64,000 nucleotides of DNA, taken from the NCBI GenBank assembly GCA_910586385.1, contig CAJUGX010000001.1:8823-72822 (forward strand). The letters are read 5' to 3'. This stretch comes from an uncultured Christensenella sp. (GTDB taxonomy: Bacteria; Bacillota; Clostridia; Christensenellales; UBA1242). Positions 26,295-35,128 of the stretch are shown here, one piece after another (the first letter of the stretch is position 1; each line of letters opens with the position of its first letter). Both the position numbers and the translations under genes were made by a program. The notes beneath the pieces were generated by a model. That model was not told where the DNA came from. It made no database searches and worked only from the letters and a program-made list of their open reading frames with translations.

Positions 26295-26855
26295 CTATAC
26301 AAAATTTTTCATATCAAGTCGTGTTTGCAAGATAAAATAGAAAATCCTTGCCATCTGCTCAGGAGTCTCTTTCATGCCATTTCGAAGCCAACTCATCTCA
26401 AAGTTGAAAAGTTCTCCGACGAACATCTGATTTGAATAAAGCCTCACACGAGACGACTTTTTGTTTTGAGCCAAAATGTCAAACGCCTTGCAATAACACT
26501 TGAAGAGCAACCAGTCCAAATTTCTGTCCAAAAACAGCCTCATTTCTTTTTCGTGTCGCTTGAAGTTTTCAAGCGTAGTGACCATGATGTTTTTCACTTT
26601 GAAAGACAATGCTCTTTCCTTTTGAATCTCTTCAACCGTTTTGACAAAGATATCCAAGATATAACTCTCAATGACATCTTCTTTGCTGCAATAATTTCTA
26701 TAAAATCCCATTCTGCTCACACCAGCTTTTGTGATGATATCGGTGATTGAGACTTGGTCAAACTCCTTGCTTTCAAGAAGTTTGAAAAGAGACTGAGTGA
26801 TGCACTCTCTTACAAAAAGATTGTTTTTGTTTTTTCGCGTCACTTGCTGATACAT
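26295..26855 (-). CDS. TetR/AcrR-family transcriptional regulator
   Basis: 186 aa with the N-terminal HTH FDQVSITDIITKAGVSRMGFYRNY. I set the start to the ATG at 26855 because a GGAGG lies 4 nt upstream. Confidence 0.85.
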   Translation of the reverse strand: MYQQVTRKNKNNLFVRECITQSLFKLLESKEFDQVSITDIITKAGVSRMGFYRNYCSKEDVIESYILDIFVKTVEEIQKERALSFKVKNIMVTTLENFKRHEKEMRLFLDRNLDWLLFKCYCKAFDILAQNKKSSRVRLYSNQMFVGELFNFEMSWLRNGMKETPEQMARIFYFILQTRLDMKNFV

Positions 26856-26943
26856 TTTTCCTCCTTCTGTCACAGTTGCTCGAAATGCGTCATGATTCCC
26901 TTTATCAATAAATAAAAATTTGTTAAACTCACAACTGATACAA

Positions 26944-26961
26944 GTGTATCATATTATACAC
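26944..26961. promoter_or_regulatory. Inverted repeat, candidate TetR operator in the TetR/DegV divergent region
   Basis: GTGTAT-catatt-ATACAC is a perfect 6-bp inverted repeat, located 30 nt upstream of the degV ATG. Confidence 0.25.
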
Positions 26962-26991
26962 ATAACATGCAAGGAAAAAGGGAAAGAAAAG

Positions 26992-27822
26992 ATGATAAAA
27001 ATTATTGCAGACAGCACATGCGATTTGACAAATGAAGAAGCCGAAAAACTCGGCGTGCAACTCATTCCAATGAAAGTGCTCATTGATGACGAAGAGTATA
27101 TCTCAGGCGTAAATCTGTCTACGGAGGAGTTTTATGAAAAACTTGCCACTTGCAAGAAACTGCCCCAAACAACCCTCATCTCAGATTTTACATACGAAGA
27201 GATTATCAAAGAGGCTCTTGAAAGGGAAGACCAAGTTTTTGTGATGTGTCTGTCGAGCGAACTCTCAAGTTCGTTCAACAACTTGCAAAAGGTATACGAA
27301 GAAATCAATTCTCCACGCCTTGAAATTTTTGACTCCCAAAGCGCAGCTTTCGCTTTCAAGGCAATGGTGATTGAAGCAGTGCAACTCTCAAAGAAATGCA
27401 AAACAGTGCAAGAGTTGAAAGAAAAATTGCTGAAAGTCTTTGGAAAAGTCAGACTCTTGGCAATCATAGACAATGTGAAATATCTCATAAAAGGTGGGAG
27501 ACTTTCGCTCATGAAAGGGCTCGCTGTGACAGCACTCAACATCAAGCCTATTGTGACAATCAAAGACGGAAAAGTTGCCGTCGTCTCAAAAGGCATTGGC
27601 TTTGGAAACTCTTTGAAAAATATGCTCAAAGAAGTGAAAAATATTGACACAACAAAGCCTGTCTACTTTGGACACTCAAACGATTTGCAAAGACTTGACA
27701 CTCTCAAAAAACTTGCAAAAGAAGGGTTTGATGTTGACACCACTGACAGCACGGCTGTTGGACCAGTAATTGGCACACACATAGGACCAAACTGCGTTGG
27801 GATAACCTATTTCGAAAAATAA
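26992..27822 (+). CDS. DegV-family fatty-acid-binding protein
   Basis: 276 aa from MIKIIADSTCDL with the DegV pattern throughout. The upstream part of the track's ORF lacks homology-like sequence. Confidence 0.9.
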   Translation: MIKIIADSTCDLTNEEAEKLGVQLIPMKVLIDDEEYISGVNLSTEEFYEKLATCKKLPQTTLISDFTYEEIIKEALEREDQVFVMCLSSELSSSFNNLQKVYEEINSPRLEIFDSQSAAFAFKAMVIEAVQLSKKCKTVQELKEKLLKVFGKVRLLAIIDNVKYLIKGGRLSLMKGLAVTALNIKPIVTIKDGKVAVVSKGIGFGNSLKNMLKEVKNIDTTKPVYFGHSNDLQRLDTLKKLAKEGFDVDTTDSTAVGPVIGTHIGPNCVGITYFEK

Positions 27823-27841
27823 GTGGCATTGCCACTTTTTT
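27822..27841 (+). terminator. Terminator after degV
   Basis: AGTGG-CATTG-CCACT followed by TTTTTTATTTTT. Confidence 0.55.
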
Positions 27842-27920
27842 ATTTTTCCAATTCCAAACACCTTCCCTCACATCTTCCAAGCGGTGGTCTTTTTTTTCGC
27901 CCAAAATCATAAAATTTCTT

Positions 27921-28508
27921 ATGAATATTTTTTGGACAATCATGATGCTCTCGGGGCTCCTCGTGCTTCTTGTCACAAATCCAAGTGCAGTACTTTCGGA
28001 GATGATTGGAGCTTCTGCGGACGCTCTCCAACTATGCATCGAACTTTGTGCAATCTATGCCGTTTGGCTTGGAATAATGGAACTCGTCGAGGCAAGCGGA
28101 CTCTCAGAAAAACTCGCTCGTCTTCTTCGTCCCCTCATCAAAAAGATTTTCAGAGTGGAAGACAAAGAGACTCAAAAAATCATTGCTCTCAACGTTTCTG
28201 CAAATATGCTCGGACTTGGAAACGCCGCCACCCCAATGGGCATCAAATCAATGCAAGCACTTGATGACAAATCTGGAAAGGCATCTTTTGCGATGATTAT
28301 GCTTATCGTCGTCAATGCAACATCAATCCAACTTTTGCCAACAACAGTCATTGGGCTCCGTCAAAGTGCTGGCTCGACAAGTCCCGCCGACATAATCCTT
28401 CCAACTCTTCTTGTTACTTTTTGCACAACCGCACTCGGCATCTTTCTTGTCCACCTGATTGACCGACTGAAAAATGGTCGCCGTGATTCAAAAAGGAGAA
28501 AGGCATGA
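27921..28508 (+). CDS. spmA: Spore maturation protein A-like (nucleoside-recognition/Gate domain membrane protein)
   Basis: 195 aa beginning MNIFWTIMMLSGLLVLLV, a polytopic membrane protein. It is paired with spmB through a 4-nt overlap. Confidence 0.85.
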   Translation: MNIFWTIMMLSGLLVLLVTNPSAVLSEMIGASADALQLCIELCAIYAVWLGIMELVEASGLSEKLARLLRPLIKKIFRVEDKETQKIIALNVSANMLGLGNAATPMGIKSMQALDDKSGKASFAMIMLIVVNATSIQLLPTTVIGLRQSAGSTSPADIILPTLLVTFCTTALGIFLVHLIDRLKNGRRDSKRRKA

Positions 28509-29011
28509 GCGTTTACATTCTTCCTGTCATCTTTCTTCTTCTTTTTGTCTATTGCATCTTCAAACGCATAAACACGTATGACCATTTTGTCAAAGGTGCA
28601 AAGGGAGCAATCCAACTTGTTGTTGACATCTTTCCTTTCATCGCTTCCATTTTGATTGCAGTTTCCCTTCTTCGTGTCAGTGGCATAACTACCTTCTTGG
28701 GCAAACTGCTTTCTCCATTTTTCAATCTGCTTGGCATCCCAACAGAACTTTGCGAACTCGTCCTTCTTCGCCCATTCACTGGCAGTGGAAGTTATGGCAT
28801 CCTCGAAAACATATTCACCACTTATGGTGCGGACAGTTATATCGCACGATGTGCTTGCGTTATTATGGGTTGCAGTGAAACCATCTTCTATGTCGCGACC
28901 GTCTATATTTCTCAAACAAAAGTCAAAAAACTTCTCTATGCCATCCCCGTTGCGCTTTTTTGCTCTCTTGTCGGCACGGTCCTCGCCTGCCTCATCTGCA
29001 AAGTGATGTAG
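28505..29011 (+). CDS. spmB: Spore maturation protein B-like membrane protein
   Basis: 168 aa with LRPFTGSGSYGIL, typical of SpmB. It appears translationally coupled to spmA. Confidence 0.85.
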   Translation: MSVYILPVIFLLLFVYCIFKRINTYDHFVKGAKGAIQLVVDIFPFIASILIAVSLLRVSGITTFLGKLLSPFFNLLGIPTELCELVLLRPFTGSGSYGILENIFTTYGADSYIARCACVIMGCSETIFYVATVYISQTKVKKLLYAIPVALFCSLVGTVLACLICKVM

Positions 29012-29012
29012 T

Positions 29013-29047
29013 AAAAAATAGAAGCCCCATAAAAGGACTTCTTTTTT
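29013..29047. terminator. Imperfect bidirectional hairpin between spmB and the convergent methyltransferase gene
   Basis: AAAAAATA-GAAGCC-ccataaaa-GGaCTTC-TTTTTTG. Confidence 0.4.
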
Positions 29048-29062
29048 GTTTTCTTATTCGTA

Positions 29063-29791
29063 TTATTCCCCGCAAAAATGCTTGGTGTGAAGCGTTTCAA
29101 GGTATTTTCCATCAGCATCATTTCTGACCAAATTTGGCAGAATTTTAACGCCAGATTTTCCACCTTTGACCGCTTTGAGCACCACCAAATTCACCTCCCC
29201 TTTGCCATTTTCTGTGAAAAACATCTCTTTTGTTGTGAGATTGTTTTTTTGAAGTTCGACCACAAGTTCAGTCACTCTTTCGGCACTATAAACACAATAA
29301 AAGCTTCCGCCATTTTTCAACATTTTGGCTGATACATTTGCCAGCATATCAATAGGCAAACATACATCTTCTTTTGCGATCCTTTTCACTTCACTCTGCT
29401 TAAAGTTTGTCGCCTTATAAAATGGAGGGTTTGAAAACACAACATCAACACTTGCAGGTTTGATATACTTATTGAAATTTTTGACATCGTCACACGCCAA
29501 TGTGATTTTGTCTTGCAAGTTGTTAAGTTCGACATTCTTCTGGCAGAGTTCTGCCATGCAATGTTGAATCTCAAAAGCAACAATCTTTTTCAATTTGTTT
29601 TTCGCTTGCACAAGGATAGAAATCACTCCGCTCCCTGCACCGATTTCCACCGCCACATCGCTTGCTTTTGTTTTGACAAAGTTTGCCAAAACCACACTGT
29701 CAGATGTGAAAGCATAGAGGTCTTTGTCTTGTATAATTTTGAGCCCCTTGCACTGCAAGTCTTCAAGTCTTTCACTTTTCTTCAAAATCAT
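29063..29791 (-). CDS. SAM-dependent N6-adenine methyltransferase (YabB/TrmN6-like)
   Basis: 242 aa with motif I VEIGAGSGVIS and motif IV FSNPPFY. It takes the position after yaaT, as B. subtilis yabB does. Confidence 0.8.
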   Translation of the reverse strand: MILKKSERLEDLQCKGLKIIQDKDLYAFTSDSVVLANFVKTKASDVAVEIGAGSGVISILVQAKNKLKKIVAFEIQHCMAELCQKNVELNNLQDKITLACDDVKNFNKYIKPASVDVVFSNPPFYKATNFKQSEVKRIAKEDVCLPIDMLANVSAKMLKNGGSFYCVYSAERVTELVVELQKNNLTTKEMFFTENGKGEVNLVVLKAVKGGKSGVKILPNLVRNDADGKYLETLHTKHFCGE

Positions 29792-30609
29792 TTCTCTTCC
29801 TTTTTGAACTTCACTTCGGCAAGAGGATATTCTTTTATCTCGCTGTCTTCACCATTGACATATTTGACAGAAACAATTCGCTTCAAAAGATTGTTGTACA
29901 CAACGCTTCCCCTGCCATCTTTTGTGGTCACATATGTCCCCACTTTTGGCATAACCTTGAGCGCCTCTTGATAGACAGGATTTTCGTAAGCAATGCAACA
30001 CATAAGTTTTCCGCAAAGTCCACTTATACTCGCTGGATTGAGAGAAAGGTTTTGATTTTTTGCCATCTTCATAGAGACGTGATCAAACTCTCCCATATTC
30101 TGCACGCAACAACAGATTTTTCCGCAAGGTCCAAATCCGCCAAGCATTCTCACCTCATCACGATTTCCAATCTGTCGAAGTTCGACTCTCTTTTTCATTG
30201 CCACTGCAAGTTTCTTGACGAGTTCTCTGAAATCAACTCTGTTTTCAGATGTGAAATTTACGATATATTTTGAGTTGTCGAAACTAGCCTCAATCTTGAC
30301 AATCTTCATGTCAAGTTTTTCTTCCTTTGCCATCTTCTTGACCATAGGATAAAACTTGTCCGCTTCCTTGTCATATTCTTCTGCCTTCTTGACCACTTCT
30401 GCAGACGCAACTTTCAAGACTCTTTTGAGTGCCGAAACAAGCGTGCTTGCATCAACCATCTCTTTCTCTTTGATTATGCACCCAAGGTCAGTCCCTTTTT
30501 CTGTGTCCACCAAAACATAGTCACCTTGCTTGAGGTCGAGACCATTTGGATCAAAAGAATATATATGGTTGCTGTTTTTGAACTTTACTCCAACAACTTC
30601 TACTTGCAT
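29788..30609 (-). CDS. ricT: PSP1-domain protein YaaT/RicT
   Basis: 273 aa with VVGVKFKNSNHIYSFD, the Cys cluster GPCGKICCC, and CGKLMCCIAYE. It lies downstream of holB. Confidence 0.9.
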   Translation of the reverse strand: MQVEVVGVKFKNSNHIYSFDPNGLDLKQGDYVLVDTEKGTDLGCIIKEKEMVDASTLVSALKRVLKVASAEVVKKAEEYDKEADKFYPMVKKMAKEEKLDMKIVKIEASFDNSKYIVNFTSENRVDFRELVKKLAVAMKKRVELRQIGNRDEVRMLGGFGPCGKICCCVQNMGEFDHVSMKMAKNQNLSLNPASISGLCGKLMCCIAYENPVYQEALKVMPKVGTYVTTKDGRGSVVYNNLLKRIVSVKYVNGEDSEIKEYPLAEVKFKKEEK

Positions 30610-31556
30610 AAGAATTTTACCTCCAACATTTTCAAGAGAAAGTTGTCAACCGCAACCGTCAGATTTGCGTTGAACTCCAACTTTTCCCTAAACTTTGAAA
30701 TCAGCCTTGAAATCTCGCACAAAGCCTCAACTGAAAACTCTGGCTCAACATCTTTGAGATCTGATTTATACATTTTCAATTTGCACAAATCCTCGCTCTC
30801 GCACTTAAGTTTGATTATGTCCTCAATGCAAAGTGAAACAATCTCCAAAATGAGATTGAGATTTGTTTTTTCTTCCAGCATACGTTTTGAGAATGAAAGC
30901 ACTTGTTTGCTGCTTTTAAGTTCTGTCAATATGCTGACAGCAAAATCAGCAACGCTGGCAAGTTCTCTGTTTTTCTCAAGTGCCAAGGTTTTCCCGACGT
31001 AACCTCCACCCAAAACACATGCCAACTTGTCTTGGCAAACCGCACTCATCTCTTCGTCAGAAAGTGGCACGATTTTGATTTTGTCACAACGACTTTTGAT
31101 TGTTGGCAAAACCTTTTCTTCATTTTTGACACTCAAAATGAAATAGACATTTTTTGGGGGTTCTTCCAAAATCTTCAAAAGTTTGTTTTGAGCCTCTTCT
31201 GTTGAGACATCAAAATTGTTGATAAGAAAAACTTTGTATGGCAAATTGACAGGCTTGATGTATGCCTCACTGACAATCTCGTTTGCATCAGCAACCAAAA
31301 GCTTCTCGCCATTTTTTGGATAGACTTTCACATCCAAATCAATGCCCGCCTCAGCTTTCTGAAACTGAGCACTCTTCTCATCAAACAAATCAAACACAGG
31401 ATATTCCAAAAGCATTGCCGTCAAAACCAAAACTTTTTGACTTGTCAAATTGTCTTCGCAGAAAAACATGATTGAGTTTGAAAGAGTGTTTGACTCCTTC
31501 TTTTTCAATATATTTTCAAAAAAACTTTGTTTTTTCAGTGTTTCTACAAATCCCAT
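30600..31556 (-). CDS. holB: DNA polymerase III subunit delta'
   Basis: 318 aa with a degenerate AAA+ fold (LKILEEPPKNVYFIL, TIKSRC). It shows the holB-yaaT synteny. Confidence 0.85.
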   Translation of the reverse strand: MGFVETLKKQSFFENILKKKESNTLSNSIMFFCEDNLTSQKVLVLTAMLLEYPVFDLFDEKSAQFQKAEAGIDLDVKVYPKNGEKLLVADANEIVSEAYIKPVNLPYKVFLINNFDVSTEEAQNKLLKILEEPPKNVYFILSVKNEEKVLPTIKSRCDKIKIVPLSDEEMSAVCQDKLACVLGGGYVGKTLALEKNRELASVADFAVSILTELKSSKQVLSFSKRMLEEKTNLNLILEIVSLCIEDIIKLKCESEDLCKLKMYKSDLKDVEPEFSVEALCEISRLISKFREKLEFNANLTVAVDNFLLKMLEVKFLCK

Positions 31557-31584
31557 ATGATGATTTTATCACAAAAACATTCAA

Positions 31585-31622
31585 AAAGCAAAAATAAAAT
31601 TGCATTATTTCTAATGCAATTT
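31585..31622 (-). terminator. Terminator overlapping the ATPase stop codon
   Basis: The minus strand reads ATTGCATTA-GAAA-TAATGCAAT (9-bp stem) followed by TTTTATTTTTGCTTTTT. Confidence 0.55.
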
Positions 31623-34226
31623 CTTTCTCATCAATTTCCTTTCAATCACCTTGTATACCTCTCCGATGAAGATAATTGAAACTGAGAGGGCAATCACCAC
31701 AAGCCAACAAGCACAATTTAGATTTTCAAGTTTCAAAAGTTTGCCAAAGCTTGTGAAAATCATAAGTGCCAAAAGTCCAAATCCCACCACAAATGAGAGA
31801 TTGAAAAACTTGTTTTTGAAAGGATTTGATTTGAACAAACTTTCTTTGGTGATTGCCGTAAACATATAGAAAAGTTGAATGAGATTCAGCGTGTAAAATG
31901 CCATTGTGATTGCGACTTCTTGACCGTGCAAAAACAAGCCAAAAAGATAAGCACCCATTGTCAAAATTGTCTGCACTGCCCCAAGGCACAAAATGCTCAC
32001 TCCAACTCCATCTGACAAAAGCCCAGAAGATTTGTTTCGAGGTTTCTCATGCATGACACCACTTTCAACTTTCTGTGTGCCGAGCGCAATCGCTGGCAAG
32101 CTATCGGTTATCAAATTGACAAACAGAATCTGCACTGGCAAAAGAAAGGTTTTCCCAGGGAAAAGTATGGTTATGAAAAACAATGCAAGGATTTCTGCCA
32201 TATTTGCGGAGAAGAGATATTTGACCGTCTTTTGAATGTTGCTATAAATCTTTCTCCCTTCTTCAATCGCAACAACAATCGTTGCAAAGTTGTCATCAGT
32301 GATGATTATGTCTGCAACATCCTTGACGACATCCGTCCCTGTCTTTCCCATGCCAATTCCAATGTCAGCTTTTTTCAAACTTGGCGCATCGTTCACCCCA
32401 TCACCAGTCATTGCAACAATGTGACCTCTCTTTTTGAGAGCAGCGACAATCCTGACCTTATGTGCTGGAGACACCCTCGCAAAAACGCTCTTGCACTCAA
32501 CCGCCTTTTCGAATTCTTCGTCAGAAAGTTTGTCAATCTCTTCACCAGACATAACTTCATCAAGACCTTTTGCAATCCCAACTTTTTTTGCAATTGCAAA
32601 GGCGGTGTCTTTGTAGTCACCCGTAATCATCACCGACCTCATCCCTGCGCCATGACACTTTTTGACAGCATCAAAGATTTCTTTTCGGGGTGGATCAACA
32701 ATCCCGCAAAGTCCCAAAAAGACGAGATTTGTTTCATCCGCTTTTTCTGCGTCGATTGCTTTGTAAGCAAAGGCAATGACACGCAATGCCTCTTCACACA
32801 TCTTTTTGTTTTGACTCAAAATCTTCTCTTTTGCAGAGGAATCCAGTGGCAGAATCTTGTTTTCACTGGCATAGAAACAACACTTTGCAAGCACTCGGTC
32901 CAAAGCCCCTTTGACAAAACAAATCTTCTTTCCATCGACAATATTGAGAGTTGTCATCATCTTACGTTCTGAATTGAAAGATATTTCATCTACCCTTTTG
33001 CACTTGTCGAAAATTTCTTCTTTTGTCACACCAAGCTTCTTTGCATAATTCAAAAGTGCGACCTCAGTTGAAGTGCCCACATATCCATTTTGTCCAAACT
33101 TTGCATCGTTGCAAAGCACCATATTTTTCAAAAAAACATCAAAGAACGCACTTTTCTTGCCAAAAAATGAAAAGCTCTTCTCCACTTTCATTTTGTTTTG
33201 AGTGATAGTGCCTGTCTTGTCTGAGCATATCACGTCACATGCCCCAAGTGTTTCCACTGCATGCATGCGCTTGACAATCGCTCTCTCTTTTGAAAGTTTT
33301 GCCACACCCAAACTCATGATGATTGTTATCACTGCTGGCAAACTTTCAGGTATTGCCGCGACTGATATTGCCACTGCCGTCAAAAATGCGTTTAGGATGT
33401 CATTTGGATTTGCAACAACTTCCAAAACAAATGTCACGCTTGCAATAAGCAAAATCAGATAGGTCAAAACTTTTCCTATGCTCTTGATATCTTTCTGCAG
33501 TTTTGTCAAATCCTTCTTTGTCTCTTTCAGACTCTCGGCAATCTTTCCAATTTCTGTCTGAGTGCCAAGACTGCAAACGACACCTTTCCCATGCCCATTT
33601 TCCACCACACTGCCAGAATAGGCAACGTTTTTTCTGTCTGCAAGTGCAACATCTTTTTCATAAACCGCCTCATGGTTTTTGCTCACTGCGTCACTTTCAC
33701 CTGTGAGTGCTGACTCATTGATTTTGAGATTTGCACTTTCTATCAGTCTCAAGTCTGCCGGCACAATACTCCCCGCCTCAAGGCAGACAATGTCTCCAAA
33801 CACAAGTTCGGTTGTTTTGATTTTGTAGATAACCCCACCTCTCAAAACAGTCGTCTCTGGCTGAGTCATCTTTTTGAGACTGTCAATCGCCCTCTCGCTT
33901 TTTCGCTCTTGCAAAACTCCAAAGATGCCATTCATGACCACAATCCCAAGTATGATTGCCCCGTCAATTATTTCACTTGACGAGCGTTCTATTGCCCCCA
34001 TAACAATTGAAATTATGCCAGAGACAAGCAAAACAAGCACCATGAGTTCTTTTATTTGATAAAAGAATTTGACAAGAAAAGATTGCCTTTTTTGAGGTTT
34101 TATAGCGTATTTCTTGCTTTCAATCAATCTCTCACTCACTTGCTTTTCAGTCAATCCGTCGAGACTGCTGTCAAAAGCAACGAGGCACTGCTGAGCACTT
34201 TTTTTGTAAAAATCCTTCTCTTTCAC
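31611..34226 (-). CDS. Cation-transporting P-type ATPase (P2, Ca2+-pump-like)
   Basis: It has ICSDKTGTITQN, MITGDYKDTA, and MTGDGVNDAPSLKKADIGIGMG, with about 10 TM helices. The start is either the GTG at 34226 (GGAG 5 nt upstream) or the GTG at 34232. Confidence 0.93.
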   Translation of the reverse strand: MKEKDFYKKSAQQCLVAFDSSLDGLTEKQVSERLIESKKYAIKPQKRQSFLVKFFYQIKELMVLVLLVSGIISIVMGAIERSSSEIIDGAIILGIVVMNGIFGVLQERKSERAIDSLKKMTQPETTVLRGGVIYKIKTTELVFGDIVCLEAGSIVPADLRLIESANLKINESALTGESDAVSKNHEAVYEKDVALADRKNVAYSGSVVENGHGKGVVCSLGTQTEIGKIAESLKETKKDLTKLQKDIKSIGKVLTYLILLIASVTFVLEVVANPNDILNAFLTAVAISVAAIPESLPAVITIIMSLGVAKLSKERAIVKRMHAVETLGACDVICSDKTGTITQNKMKVEKSFSFFGKKSAFFDVFLKNMVLCNDAKFGQNGYVGTSTEVALLNYAKKLGVTKEEIFDKCKRVDEISFNSERKMMTTLNIVDGKKICFVKGALDRVLAKCCFYASENKILPLDSSAKEKILSQNKKMCEEALRVIAFAYKAIDAEKADETNLVFLGLCGIVDPPRKEIFDAVKKCHGAGMRSVMITGDYKDTAFAIAKKVGIAKGLDEVMSGEEIDKLSDEEFEKAVECKSVFARVSPAHKVRIVAALKKRGHIVAMTGDGVNDAPSLKKADIGIGMGKTGTDVVKDVADIIITDDNFATIVVAIEEGRKIYSNIQKTVKYLFSANMAEILALFFITILFPGKTFLLPVQILFVNLITDSLPAIALGTQKVESGVMHEKPRNKSSGLLSDGVGVSILCLGAVQTILTMGAYLFGLFLHGQEVAITMAFYTLNLIQLFYMFTAITKESLFKSNPFKNKFFNLSFVVGFGLLALMIFTSFGKLLKLENLNCACWLVVIALSVSIIFIGEVYKVIERKLMRKKLH

Positions 34227-34285
34227 ATTCACTCCTTAAGTAACTTATTTGAAAGAAACCGACTCAATCACTTTTCGACAATTTT

Positions 34286-35044
34286 CTACAAAACAAACAA
34301 TGACACAACCGCAATCAAAATCAAATAGAACCCAAAATATTTGAGATTGGAATCTTTGGTGAGTCTTATCATCATCTTTATCGCAAGTACACCAGTGACA
34401 AAGGCTGTGACAAAAGCAAGGCACAATCCTGCGACTGAAACATTGATTGCTTGTCCACCTACTACAATTTCAAAAATCTCCATAAGAAGTGAAAGCAAAA
34501 TGATAGGAATTGACATAAGAAAAGAAAACTTTGTGACATCCTCTTTCTTGTTTCCACAAAGAAGCCCGGCGCTTATTGTTGTCCCAGACCTTGACACTCC
34601 AGGAAAAACCGCAAAGCCTTGTGCCACCCCAATCAAAAATGCACTCTTGTGCGAGAAATCTTTCTGAGACGACCTCTTTGACACTTTCTCACTTGTCAAA
34701 AGCAAAATAGCAGAGGCAAAAAAGCAAATTGGAAGCAATGCACCCGAAAATGACATCTTGATAATCGGCATAAGCAGCAAACATATCACACAGGTCGGAA
34801 TTGTTGCGACAACAATCATCATCGTTTCTTTTGAAAAAGGATGGCGAATCATCTGCCACACGTCTTTCCGAAAAACCACCAAAATGGAAAGCAATGTTGC
34901 CACATGCAAGATTATGCTGACAAACAAACTCTCTTCAATTCCAAAGATTTTTGAAAAAAGCACCAAATGTCCCGATGATGAGACTGGCAAAAACTCAGTC
35001 AGCCCCTGCACAAGCCCCAAAAAAAATAAAGCAAGGATTTTCAT
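34286..35044 (-). CDS. uppP: Undecaprenyl-diphosphate phosphatase
   Basis: 252 aa with GLTEFLPVSSSGHL and GVSRSGTTI. Confidence 0.93.
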   Translation of the reverse strand: MKILALFFLGLVQGLTEFLPVSSSGHLVLFSKIFGIEESLFVSIILHVATLLSILVVFRKDVWQMIRHPFSKETMMIVVATIPTCVICLLLMPIIKMSFSGALLPICFFASAILLLTSEKVSKRSSQKDFSHKSAFLIGVAQGFAVFPGVSRSGTTISAGLLCGNKKEDVTKFSFLMSIPIILLSLLMEIFEIVVGGQAINVSVAGLCLAFVTAFVTGVLAIKMMIRLTKDSNLKYFGFYLILIAVVSLFVL

Positions 35045-35128
35045 AAAAGCCTCCTTGCTTTATTTATATTGTCGCAAAATTCAAAATATTTTGTCCAAGC
35101 CTTCAAAGTGAAGTTGTTTTTCAAAATA

